From assembly GCA_040220235.1 (NCBI GenBank), contig JAVJTO010000048.1: a stretch of DNA of 64,000 nucleotides. The stretch is one strand, 5' to 3'. A program made the position numbers and the translations under genes. This document shows, piece by piece, positions 1 to 8,674 of the stretch (positions are counted from its first letter, which is position 1; every line of letters begins with the position of its first letter). This stretch comes from Coleofasciculus sp. B1-GNL1-01 (GTDB lineage Bacteria; Cyanobacteriota; Cyanobacteriia; Cyanobacteriales; Coleofasciculaceae). The notes under the pieces are model-generated. The model saw only the letters and a list, made by a program, of their open reading frames with translations. It made no database searches and was not told the DNA's origin.

Positions 1-1943
1 AACTCTAACTCTTCATTACCTGTTCCCGCCTGAATTAGATGATACTTCTGCAAATCCCGCAGACATTTGCGGGCAAAATCCTCGCCATACGCCACTTTGC
101 CATGGAGAAATTGCGCGATCGCCTGTACTGCTTCTTCCCGTGGAATCCCTACCCGTAGTTCCGTCGGTGTCTCCCCCTGCATCATTACCCACGCCAACTG
201 TTGCAGCACCGATTTCCACCAGTCGCGATCGCTCTCAATCACGACATCCTGTTTTAGGTTGCGCTCATACCCCTGAGTAAATAACCGGAACACCAACCCC
301 AAATTCTCTGGAATTTCGTTTGTCTGCTGAAACAAGCTACACAGCATCCACAGCAGTAACGGGGTTTGTCCAAACTCTCGTAAGCGATCACCCAGTTGGC
401 GCAGCATTTCCTCCGCTTGTTCTGGCAAGTATGCACGGATAAACGCCTGCATTTGCGCTTCCGTGAGTGGCTGCATTTCCAGCTTTTTCTCAATCCCCAG
501 ATCTCCCCCCAGGCTCAAATCCCGTGTGGTGAAGATCATCGGCACTTTGGGATGATTGCGCCGAAAATCAGAAAGCTGCGATCGTGCTTCTTCTGAGGGT
601 AACTCATTCACCCCATCAAAGAGGATGAGGGAGCGAGACAACAGGGTTTCCAGTTGTGCCTCCCTTAAGGGGAGTTCATTTCGAGTAAAGGCATTGAGAA
701 TTAATTGGGTGATTGAACCTTGCCAGTAACGCAGTTCCACCAATACTGGAATCCTCCTAAGCTCCCCTCTCCCGTGCAACAAAAGCTCATCCGCCAGGGG
801 TTCAAACCCCTGGCTCATAGCTAAAGTCCTCTGAAGAGGACTAATAATTGGTGGTTGAGTCGTCTTTAGACGACTTGGGCTATTAGGCAGGGACTTAAGT
901 CCCTGACGGGCTTCGGGACAATGAATCAGCCCTGGGGAATGAGGGGGGTTGGCAGAGGGGCTGGAGTTTAGGACAGTTGTCGCCTCTTCCAACAGTAACC
1001 GTGCTAACGCCGTAGACTTTCCCGATCCGGGACGCCCGACTAACAAAACCTGCTCTTGGGCATACTTACGCAGCCCTTCCAGCACAGAAAATCGCTCAAC
1101 CTTCTCTTTCTGTCGCTGTTCTCGCTCTTTCTCTTCCTGTCGCTGTTCTGGCTCCTCCTTTTCCACCATCTGCACCATCAACCCGAAGTCAAAAATCGGG
1201 GTCACATCTTCAGACTGCCGTTGTTTGCTTTCGGCATCGGTTAAGGTGTAAAGCTGCCACCACTTCTCATACTTGGTAGTAATTGCCGTTAAATAGGGCT
1301 GAAAATCAATGTCAGCCTGCTTTCCAACCAAATCCCGCCAGCGCCGATCGCGTTGATGAAACTGCTGCTGCAACTCTCGCAGTTGGGGGAACTGCTGCAA
1401 AATCGCCGTCGTTGGTACAGCACCACCCCCCAAATCAAACGAGCGATCGCGGGTAAACTTGACAATCCCACAAACCTTACCCGTTCGCTGATTCAGCAAC
1501 GGTGCGCCACTCATCCCTGGACGCACCTGTCCCAATTTAAACTTAATTAATCCTGGCTCATCCCCGGTTAAACCTTCACAGTTAAACGTTACCGGACAGC
1601 CATTGTCAAACTCTTGATCCGGATAACCAAATAGATGGAGGGGATCGCGGGATTGAATCGCCCCATCCAAATACACACAAGGCGGATAATCATCAGTCGG
1701 AAGCGTCACCCGCAACAGCGCTAAATCATAAGGATCAGGGCGCAATTCCTCTACTACCGCCTGGGACCAATTCTCCTGGGTTTGCCAGCGTACCTGAACC
1801 GGTTCCCCTTCTGCCTTTTTCACCACATGAGCGCAGGTGAGAATCCATTCTGGAGCCACAAAAAAGCCTGTTCCCCAACCCATGCGACCCGGAAGGGAAA
1901 GCTTCACCGTGCATTGTTGCAACAGATTCTCGACCCGACTCAT
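1..1943 (-). CDS. Trypsin-like serine protease fused to a NACHT/STAND NTPase (3' end outside the window)
   Basis: Manual translation from ATG at 1943 is open to base 1. Trypsin triad motifs LTCAHVV, YDLALL and PGMSGAPL; Walker A GRPGSGKST; RIPVLVEL; Walker B LILFDGVNE; TPLLLWM. Missing from the ORF track because no stop lies in the window. Confidence 0.9.
   Translation of the reverse strand, partial: MSRVENLLQQCTVKLSLPGRMGWGTGFFVAPEWILTCAHVVKKAEGEPVQVRWQTQENWSQAVVEELRPDPYDLALLRVTLPTDDYPPCVYLDGAIQSRDPLHLFGYPDQEFDNGCPVTFNCEGLTGDEPGLIKFKLGQVRPGMSGAPLLNQRTGKVCGIVKFTRDRSFDLGGGAVPTTAILQQFPQLRELQQQFHQRDRRWRDLVGKQADIDFQPYLTAITTKYEKWWQLYTLTDAESKQRQSEDVTPIFDFGLMVQMVEKEEPEQRQEEKEREQRQKEKVERFSVLEGLRKYAQEQVLLVGRPGSGKSTALARLLLEEATTVLNSSPSANPPHSPGLIHCPEARQGLKSLPNSPSRLKTTQPPIISPLQRTLAMSQGFEPLADELLLHGRGELRRIPVLVELRYWQGSITQLILNAFTRNELPLREAQLETLLSRSLILFDGVNELPSEEARSQLSDFRRNHPKVPMIFTTRDLSLGGDLGIEKKLEMQPLTEAQMQAFIRAYLPEQAEEMLRQLGDRLREFGQTPLLLWMLCSLFQQTNEIPENLGLVFRLFTQGYERNLKQDVVIESDRDWWKSVLQQLAWVMMQGETPTELRVGIPREEAVQAIAQFLHGKVAYGEDFARKCLRDLQKYHLIQAGTGNEELE
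791..910. repeat. Four-hairpin REP-like palindromic element inside the NACHT gene
   Basis: Hairpins at 794-813, 825-842, 858-875 and 888-905. Related two-hairpin units lie intergenically near 3925-3975 and 15912-15962. Confidence 0.8.
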
Positions 1944-1946
1944 GGT

Positions 1947-2267
1947 TTACGTTTTCGGCTGGGCTTCCCATTCCAACGTGATTTCCAGATTCGCTTTCCC
2001 CGATCCTTTGACAATCACCGCCGTCAATTGTCCCGCCTCGATCGCCATTTCCATACCAAATTTTACCGTCGCCTTCTTCGGTCTGGCTTTTTTCAGGGGG
2101 GCGGCGACCATCTGTACTACCCCCTCGATCGCATCAGCGACAGGCTGAAACTGCTTGGCGTCAAAGCTGACATCTTCTCGCCCCGTGGTTGTCACCTCAA
2201 ATTTCGCGATCGCCCCATTGGGAAGTTCAACGGGAACGGTGTCACTGCGGGATTCGGCAAAGGTCAT
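1947..2267 (-). CDS. Trypsin-co-occurring domain 1 (Trypco1/CU044_2847-like) protein
   Basis: 106 aa with KPKKA-like RPKKATVKFGMEMAIEAGQLTAVIVKGSGKANLEITLEW signature; ends 3 bp upstream of the trypsin gene ATG. Confidence 0.85.
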   Translation of the reverse strand: MTFAESRSDTVPVELPNGAIAKFEVTTTGREDVSFDAKQFQPVADAIEGVVQMVAAPLKKARPKKATVKFGMEMAIEAGQLTAVIVKGSGKANLEITLEWEAQPKT

Positions 2268-2486
2268 TTGATTCTCCTCAATGGGAAATGTAAGGGCTAA
2301 GGTTCCCTGACTACAAACTTGTTATGCCTATTTTAAGCTCAAGCTGACTTTTCAGGGGATCTAGAAAACCTCTCTCCAAACCTCTCTCCTTGCAGGAGAG
2401 AGGCTTTGAATTCTCCCCCTTTCGTGTCACGCGATCGCATTCTAGAATTGCAACAGTAGACTTAAAATAGTCATCACTTGGGTGAT

Positions 2487-3167
2487 ATGGCAACTCTGAC
2501 TCAGATTCGGGTACGAACATCGCCCGATCAAATTCCTCAATGGCAATCAGCAACCTGGGACGATTACGTGGCGTGCTGCGCGGATGCTGAACAGTCCCAG
2601 GTTGACCATTTTAGAATCTTTTTTAATCAGGGCTACCTCTTTGTTGACATGGGCTGGGAAGGTATTAATCACGCCAGATTTCGCGAACTCCTGACAATGT
2701 TAATTGCCTTCTGGTTTAGTCGTCAGCCAGAACAAACATTCGATTGTTTGGGAGGATGTATTCTCGAAAAACCAAAACAACGGGCGGCGTCTCCCGATCA
2801 GGTGGTGTATATTGGCGCAGAGTCTCCTCGTTGGCAAGTGGGAGAACCGCGACGGATTAATTTAAGACAGTGGCGAGTTCCTGATTTAGTCTGTGAAGTG
2901 GGAGATACAACTTTAGCAACGGATTTGGATGAAAAAAAGCAAATTTATGCCCGCCTAGAAATTCCCGAATATTGGGTGATTGATGTATCAGCCGCCAGAG
3001 TGATAGCATTTTATCTGCAAGCTGATGGTCGATATCAACAAAGTCACGTCTCTAGGGCATTGGATGGGTTAGCGATCGCGTTAGTTGAACAAACTTTTGC
3101 CCGTCTTGAACAGGAAACCAACGGCGCGGCGGCTGTTTGGTTTGCCCAGCAGATTGCTAATCTCTAG
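2487..3167 (+). CDS. Uma2 family PD-(D/E)XK endonuclease-like protein
   Basis: SPD...PDLVCEV...DLDEKKQIYARLEIPEYWVID motifs; ATG at 2487 chosen as start. Confidence 0.85.
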   Translation: MATLTQIRVRTSPDQIPQWQSATWDDYVACCADAEQSQVDHFRIFFNQGYLFVDMGWEGINHARFRELLTMLIAFWFSRQPEQTFDCLGGCILEKPKQRAASPDQVVYIGAESPRWQVGEPRRINLRQWRVPDLVCEVGDTTLATDLDEKKQIYARLEIPEYWVIDVSAARVIAFYLQADGRYQQSHVSRALDGLAIALVEQTFARLEQETNGAAAVWFAQQIANL

Positions 3168-3218
3168 AACATCCGTTCCATACATGAGTGTGAATCGCTT
3201 ATAAATACACTTGGATTT

Positions 3219-3536
3219 ATGCAAAAATTAGAAAAGTTACCTATTGCACTCCCAAATGAAAAGATTAATAGGTTTTGCCAGCAGCATCAAATCCGCAAAC
3301 TATGGTTGTTTGGTTCTGTACTACGGGAAGATTTTTCGCCCGAAAGTGATATTGACATTTTGGTAGAGTTTTTACCTGAAGCTAAAGTAACATACTTTGA
3401 CCTTGCCCAGATGGAAAGGGAACTCTCGCAAATGTTTAATGGTAGGCAGATTGACCTCCGCACTCCGGCAGAATTAAGTCCCTATTTTCGTCAGGATGTG
3501 TTAGAGACGGCGTTAATGCAGTATGTCAAAGATTGA
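3219..3536 (+). CDS. Minimal nucleotidyltransferase (MntA-type antitoxin)
   Basis: LFGSVLREDFSPESDIDILVEF motif; overlaps the downstream HEPN gene. Confidence 0.9.
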   Translation: MQKLEKLPIALPNEKINRFCQQHQIRKLWLFGSVLREDFSPESDIDILVEFLPEAKVTYFDLAQMERELSQMFNGRQIDLRTPAELSPYFRQDVLETALMQYVKD

Positions 3537-3867
3537 TGATCCTACTCGGCTAAAGCACATGAGGGATGCCGCCGTTGAAGCACTGGGTTTTATCGCTGGA
3601 TGTAATCGCCAGAGTTTGGACAATAACCGTATGTTAGTTTTTGCCCTCGTGAGAGCGATCGAAATTATTGGTGAGGCAGCGGCAAATGTTTCATCGGATT
3701 GTCGGAATAAGTATCCACAAATTCCTTGGGTAGATATCATTGGAATGCGGAATCGTCTCGTCCATGCTTATTTTGATATTGACTTGGATATTCTCTGGAA
3801 TACGGCGACTACTAAGCTGGAACCGTTAATTGAGCAGTTAGACAGTATTATCTCATTGGAGACCTAA
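3523..3867 (+). CDS. HEPN/DUF86 RNase toxin (HepT-type)
   Basis: IEIIGEAA and the R-X4-H motif RNRLVHAY. Confidence 0.9.
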   Translation: MSKIDDPTRLKHMRDAAVEALGFIAGCNRQSLDNNRMLVFALVRAIEIIGEAAANVSSDCRNKYPQIPWVDIIGMRNRLVHAYFDIDLDILWNTATTKLEPLIEQLDSIISLET

Positions 3868-4133
3868 ATAATAACCAAAATATCAAAGCTCAAGTAAGAA
3901 TGCAGCTTACTTGGTAAGTCTTTGAACCCGTTTTAACGGGTTTAAGCTTTTAGCCCCAACTTTAGTTGAGGGCTGATACTGGGTTATCACGGGGATAGCG
4001 TTCCCCGGATTTGGTAGGGAGCATGTCAAGCTTGCACAAAATGTCCAAGTTAGTTTGCTCTCGTTGGGTTTCGTTCCTCAACCCAACCTACAAAGGTGAC
4101 TTCCAATTTGCTATAACTAAAGCATGACTCATT

Positions 4134-5021
4134 TCATCTCAATAGTCCCTTTATTTCTCGCCAAATCTGTGACTGATTAGATTGAACTCTGGGATGAGTT
4201 AAAACGCCCTGACTGGGACTAAATAAAAACGCCAGCATGAAAAATCCAAAGGTAACTAATACAATCGCCGGACCCGATGGTAAATTGAAAAAATAGCTCA
4301 AATACATCCCACTAATACTGGCAACAACGCCAATTCCTGACCCTAACAGCATCATCTGGTGCAACCTTGTCACCAATAAATAAGCCGTCGCCCCTGGGGT
4401 AATTAGCATGGCTAAGACTAAAATCACGCCAACTGCTTTGAGACTGGCGACGATGGTTAAAGCAATTAAAATCATTAAGCCAAAGTTGAGTAAATTTGTC
4501 GGTAATCCGGCTGCTTTTGCACCTACGGGGTCAAAGGTATAATACATTAATTCTTTATACAGCAATAAAACAATGGCGAGAACAATGGCGGTAATTATAG
4601 CTGTATTGATCACTTCCTCGTTTGTAACACTGAGGATATTGCCAAATAAAAAGTGATTTAGGTCAATCTTATTGTCTTTTTGAATAACTGTAATTAAGGT
4701 AATCCCAAGGGCAAAGAATGCGGAAAAGACAATCCCCATCGCCGCATCTTCTTTAATCTGCGATCGCGTCCTAATCCAGGTAATGACAAGGGTACTGACA
4801 ATACCCGCCAAGAACGCCCCTAGAAAGATATCCACACCCACAATATAAGCGATCGCTAATCCGGGTAATACGGAATGACTGATCGCATCACCGAGTAAGG
4901 CGAGGCGTTGTACCATCAGGTAGCTTCCTACCGAGGCGCAGACGATTCCCACCAAGACGGCTGTCATGAGCGATCGCTGCATAAAACTGTATTGCAAGGG
5001 TTCAATTAAAAGGTCAAGCAT
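4134..5021 (-). CDS. mntB: Mn/Zn ABC transporter permease
   Basis: GDAISHSVLPG motif; multiple transmembrane helices; adjacent ATPase. Confidence 0.85.
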   Translation of the reverse strand: MLDLLIEPLQYSFMQRSLMTAVLVGIVCASVGSYLMVQRLALLGDAISHSVLPGLAIAYIVGVDIFLGAFLAGIVSTLVITWIRTRSQIKEDAAMGIVFSAFFALGITLITVIQKDNKIDLNHFLFGNILSVTNEEVINTAIITAIVLAIVLLLYKELMYYTFDPVGAKAAGLPTNLLNFGLMILIALTIVASLKAVGVILVLAMLITPGATAYLLVTRLHQMMLLGSGIGVVASISGMYLSYFFNLPSGPAIVLVTFGFFMLAFLFSPSQGVLTHPRVQSNQSQIWREIKGLLR

Positions 5022-5177
5022 TATTTGTCATTCGTTATTCGTCATTCGTTATTTGTTAAATTCATCAAACGTTAGCCAGGGCGGGTTTTGTAGAAACGTT
5101 AACACAAACAATCAATATTAGTCCCTAAACCCGCCCCTACAAACCCGGACATTTGCGCGAAGCGAAGGGTCAAAAGT

Positions 5178-5969
5178 TTAAGCGGCGTCTGAGAAAAATA
5201 CAACCTGACCTCCATACGCCCGTTGTAGGTTATTTGCCTGCATGACTTGTTGGCGGGAACCTGAGGCGATTAATTCCCGATTCAATAAAATTAAATCATC
5301 AAAATTGGTAATGGCTTCTCCTAAATCATGGTGAACCACTAACACGGTTTTCCCGGAATCGGCTAATTCGTGGAGAATCTCAAAAATAACGGCTTCGGTT
5401 TTTTTATCAATTCCCGCCATGGGTTCATCAAAACAGAAAATATCCGCTTCTTCAGCTAATGCTTTGGCGAGAAAGACGCGCTGCTGTTGTCCCCCGGATA
5501 ATTGCCCAATTGGGCGATCGCGAAATTCACTCATCCCCACCCGCGCTAATGACTGGGCTGCAATTCGCCGGGATACGGTGGAGAAACGCCGAAACCATCC
5601 CGTCTTGCGTATCCGCCCCATTAATACCACATCCCACACGGTTGCAGGGTATGTCCAATCAATCTGCGATCGCTGGGGTACATAGGCGATCCTGTCTAAC
5701 TGATCCATCATCGGTTTCCCCTGATACATGGCTGTACCACAGCTAGTCTGCACTAACCCCAGTATCGCTTTCATCAGCGTACTTTTTCCCGCACCATTGG
5801 GACCAATAATTCCCGTCAGTCGCCCCGGTTGAATCTGACAGGTGATATCTTTTAGCGCCTCCACGAAACGGTACTGCACACTCAGATGCCCAATCCGTAT
5901 GGGTTCCTGGCTGGTAAGGGTTGGGTTTTGGGGAGTGCGATCGTTTTGCGTAAAGATAAGCGTTGACAT
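5178..5969 (-). CDS. mntA: Mn ABC transporter ATP-binding protein
   Basis: GPNGAGKST, LSGGQQQR and FDEP motifs. ATG 5969 preferred because the longer ORF runs through the operator boxes. Confidence 0.85.
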   Translation of the reverse strand: MSTLIFTQNDRTPQNPTLTSQEPIRIGHLSVQYRFVEALKDITCQIQPGRLTGIIGPNGAGKSTLMKAILGLVQTSCGTAMYQGKPMMDQLDRIAYVPQRSQIDWTYPATVWDVVLMGRIRKTGWFRRFSTVSRRIAAQSLARVGMSEFRDRPIGQLSGGQQQRVFLAKALAEEADIFCFDEPMAGIDKKTEAVIFEILHELADSGKTVLVVHHDLGEAITNFDDLILLNRELIASGSRQQVMQANNLQRAYGGQVVFFSDAA

Positions 5970-5993
5970 GATTAAACCGGGTAGACTCCAGAA

Positions 5994-6046
5994 AATGAAA
6001 CGAATATGAAAATATTGTATCCTCAAAAATGAAAACAATATGAAAA
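5994..6046. promoter_or_regulatory. Two ManR-type direct-repeat boxes in the divergent mntA/mntC promoter
   Basis: AATGAAACGAATATGAAAA (5994-6012) and AATGAAAACAATATGAAAA (6028-6046) fit the (T/A)ATGA(G/A)A(A/G)-N3-repeat pattern recalled for cyanobacterial ManR. Confidence 0.65.
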
Positions 6047-6062
6047 CCACTATATAAACTCA

Positions 6063-7226
6063 ATGAATGGAATGACTCACTCGCAGGGTAGAACTCAGTT
6101 GCAGGGGTGTACAGGTGTAGGGGCGGGTTTGACGGCTAACCAGAACCAACACACCAATACCTTGACTAAACCCGCCCTGCTTGGGGGAAAGGGTAGTTCA
6201 CATCGGTTGGGTAGAGCGATCGCGAAATCCGACAGGCTTCCTCATCGGAGTTGGGTTTCGTTCCTCAACCCAACCTACAACAATGGAATATTTGCGCTGG
6301 CTGGGGTGATGCTGGGACTTTGGCTGAGTGGCTGTGAGGCGACAAATCCGACTCTTTCAGGAACCGATGCAGAGGATAAACCTAACGTTGTCGCTACCAG
6401 TACCATTATTGCCGACTGGACTGAACAAGTGGGGGGAGACGAGATTGAATTAACCGGAATCCTGGAACCTGGTGCTGATCCGCACGTTTACGAACCCGTA
6501 CCTGCTGATACCATAGCCTTAGAACAAGCCGATTTGATTCTCTACAACGGGTATAACTTAGAACCCGCACTGATTAAACTGATGCAATCAGCCGGGGTAA
6601 ATGCTAAAACCTTTGCGGTTGGGGAAGTTGTTACCTCCTTAGACTTTGAATATCAAGGAGAAACCGAACCTGATCCTCATGTTTGGGGAGATGCAGACCA
6701 TGGGATTAAAATGGTCAATGCCATACGCGATCGCTTAATTGAATTATCACCAGAAGACAAAGACGAATTTACCGCCAACGCCGCCCAACTCACGGCTGAA
6801 TTAGAACAAGTAGATACCTGGATTACCCAGCAGATTCAAACCATCCCCGTGAATCAGCGTAAACTGGTTACCACCCATGACGCCTTTCAATATTATGCTC
6901 AGGCTTATGGATTAGAAGTAATTGGCACACTAATCGGAATTAGCACCGAAGAACAACCCAGCGCCCAAACCGTGAAAACCCTATCCGATGCGGTGAAAGA
7001 AGCCGGAGTTCCGGCTATTTTTGCTGAAACTACAATTAACCCCGCCCTAATTGAAACCGTTGCGGAAGAAGCGGGAGTTAAACTAGCCCCATCCGAACTC
7101 TATTCCGATTCCCTCGGCGCACCTGGAAGTGAAGCGGATACTTATGTGAAAATGTTGATTACCAATACCCGTACTATTGTCGAAGCCTTGGGAGGCGATT
7201 ATCAAGCATTTCTGGATGATGGATGA
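6063..7226 (+). CDS. mntC: Mn ABC transporter substrate-binding lipoprotein
   Basis: Lipobox LSGC; DPHVYEP, DPHVW, HDAF, EQPS and YSDSLG motifs. Start uncertain because the N-terminus is repeat-derived. Confidence 0.85.
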   Translation: MNGMTHSQGRTQLQGCTGVGAGLTANQNQHTNTLTKPALLGGKGSSHRLGRAIAKSDRLPHRSWVSFLNPTYNNGIFALAGVMLGLWLSGCEATNPTLSGTDAEDKPNVVATSTIIADWTEQVGGDEIELTGILEPGADPHVYEPVPADTIALEQADLILYNGYNLEPALIKLMQSAGVNAKTFAVGEVVTSLDFEYQGETEPDPHVWGDADHGIKMVNAIRDRLIELSPEDKDEFTANAAQLTAELEQVDTWITQQIQTIPVNQRKLVTTHDAFQYYAQAYGLEVIGTLIGISTEEQPSAQTVKTLSDAVKEAGVPAIFAETTINPALIETVAEEAGVKLAPSELYSDSLGAPGSEADTYVKMLITNTRTIVEALGGDYQAFLDDG

Positions 7227-7353
7227 TGGACAAAATGGATTAGTGGATCAGCTAATTTGATAGTGATACCATGGCGTAGCACAGCTAGAATAGTGGAATA
7301 GATTGTTAATGAAAATGATGCATTAAACCCCACAAAATTAAAGGATAAATAGC

Positions 7354-7650
7354 ATGAAAACTTTCACAGAAGTTAAAGATATTTTTCGTGAATACAAACC
7401 AATCCTTTTGCAAAAATATAATTGGTTGAGCGAATTGGGGATTTTTGGTTCTTATGTGAGAGGAGAACAAAATGAAGAAAGTGATATTGATGTGTTAATT
7501 GATTATACAGAAGCACCTGACTTAATTGAATTAATTGATTTTGAATACTATCTCAGCGATAATCTGGGCATAAAAGTTGATGTAGTAACGAAAAATGGAT
7601 TAAAACCCAGACTAAAAGAGCGAATTTTGTCGGAAGTGGTTTATGTATGA
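7354..7650 (+). CDS. Minimal nucleotidyltransferase (MntA-type antitoxin)
   Basis: IFGSYVRGEQNEESDIDVLID motif. Confidence 0.9.
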   Translation: MKTFTEVKDIFREYKPILLQKYNWLSELGIFGSYVRGEQNEESDIDVLIDYTEAPDLIELIDFEYYLSDNLGIKVDVVTKNGLKPRLKERILSEVVYV

Positions 7651-7772
7651 CAAAACGAGAATTAGAGGATTTTATTGAAGATATTTTAGATGCCATTGCA
7701 GCGGTAGAACGATTCCTGGCAGGGATAAGCTTTGAAGATTTTACCCAAAATGAGGAGAAAATTTTTAGTTGA
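7647..7772 (+). pseudogene. Truncated HEPN/DUF86 toxin (41 aa)
   Basis: ATGA overlap with the MNT stop; MTKRELEDFIEDILDAIAAVERFLAGISFEDFTQNEEKIFS* is a DUF86 N-terminus with no R-X4-H. Confidence 0.8.
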
Positions 7773-7788
7773 CTCCCTGGAACATCGC

Positions 7789-8394
7789 TCACCCAGCTTC
7801 CTGTATCATCCACACCAAAAACCCTAAAATTTGCTCCACAGGTGGCAGAGGATAATCAATTAAATCAATGGTTACGGTTTGTCCTTCTAGCTTAAGGAAT
7901 CGCCATTGAGTCCCACTACTAACCGCACCATAAATTGTGTAAATAGGTGTTTGCTTTGCCTGATTAAATCTTTGTGCGGCAACCATTTCAGCAATACATT
8001 GCCCAAATCCTGTTCTCAAATCTGCTTTTTTTGCCTCGATAATAATCACGACTGGCGCTTCAATTTCTAGAAGTTCCTCAGAACGACTCAAGAGAAAATC
8101 ACATCGTCCATTAAGTCCAAGTGATTCATCAACGGTAAAATCCTCCCCGGAAAATAAGCTGACCTGTCGTTGCAGGATACGCCGAACTTCCAGCAAAACT
8201 GGATAAATAATGCCTTCCGAACGCGCTTTTTCACTAGCCGATGCTGCTAAAGGTAAACTTTCTTCTAAAAAGGATGTCAGGGTTGGGGACGGTTGAATGG
8301 GTTCAATATCTGGCAAAAAGTGAATCCCTTCGGCTGTGGTTAAATTAAACGCTTCTTTGACTTTACCAATAGTAGTAAATTGACTGTAGGGCAT
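7789..8394 (-). CDS. Cyanobacterial PD-(D/E)XK restriction-nuclease-fold protein
   Basis: GRCDFLL...IIEAKK...QCIAEMVAAQ...GAVSSGTQWRFL. Confidence 0.7.
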   Translation of the reverse strand: MPYSQFTTIGKVKEAFNLTTAEGIHFLPDIEPIQPSPTLTSFLEESLPLAASASEKARSEGIIYPVLLEVRRILQRQVSLFSGEDFTVDESLGLNGRCDFLLSRSEELLEIEAPVVIIIEAKKADLRTGFGQCIAEMVAAQRFNQAKQTPIYTIYGAVSSGTQWRFLKLEGQTVTIDLIDYPLPPVEQILGFLVWMIQEAG

Positions 8395-8414
8395 AGCTGA
8401 ATAGTGATAAGGAC

Positions 8415-8655
8415 AGGTTTTGTGGTTCAGCTATTGGTGGGGAGGGCGGGTTTTGTTGTTTCGTTATTGGTGGGAAGGGCGGGTTTTGTTGTTCCGTTAT
8501 TGGTGAGGAGGGCGGGTTTTGTTGTTCCGTTATTGGTGGGAAGGGCGGGTTTTGTTGTTTCGTTATTGGTGGATATTTGAATTGATTCCCTAAACCCGCC
8601 CCTACGATTGATTCCCTAAACCCGCCCCTACAATTGTCCCTAAACCCGCCCCTAT
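8415..8655. repeat. Tandem 33-bp repeats plus (CCCTAAACCCGCCCCTA) units; expanded REP-like element
   Basis: About four copies of TATTGGTGRGRAGGGCGGGTTTTGTTGTTYCGT, then three CCCTAAACCCGCCCCTA units. Same family at 24780-24955 and 62472-62605. Confidence 0.9.
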
Positions 8656-8674
8656 ACATGACAAATGACAAATT

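Noticed and set aside
16..2300. Many short ORFs in the track over this interval
   Set aside because: Apart from 1947-2267, they are shadows of the long trypsin-NACHT frame or of the Trypco1 gene.
8415..8655. Possible CRISPR array (also 24780-24955 and 62472-62605)
   Set aside because: Units are head-to-tail with no unique spacers, belong to a dispersed REP-like family, and no cas genes are present.
8363..8671. ORF with PPITEQQNPP repeats
   Set aside because: It is a translation of the tandem DNA repeat.
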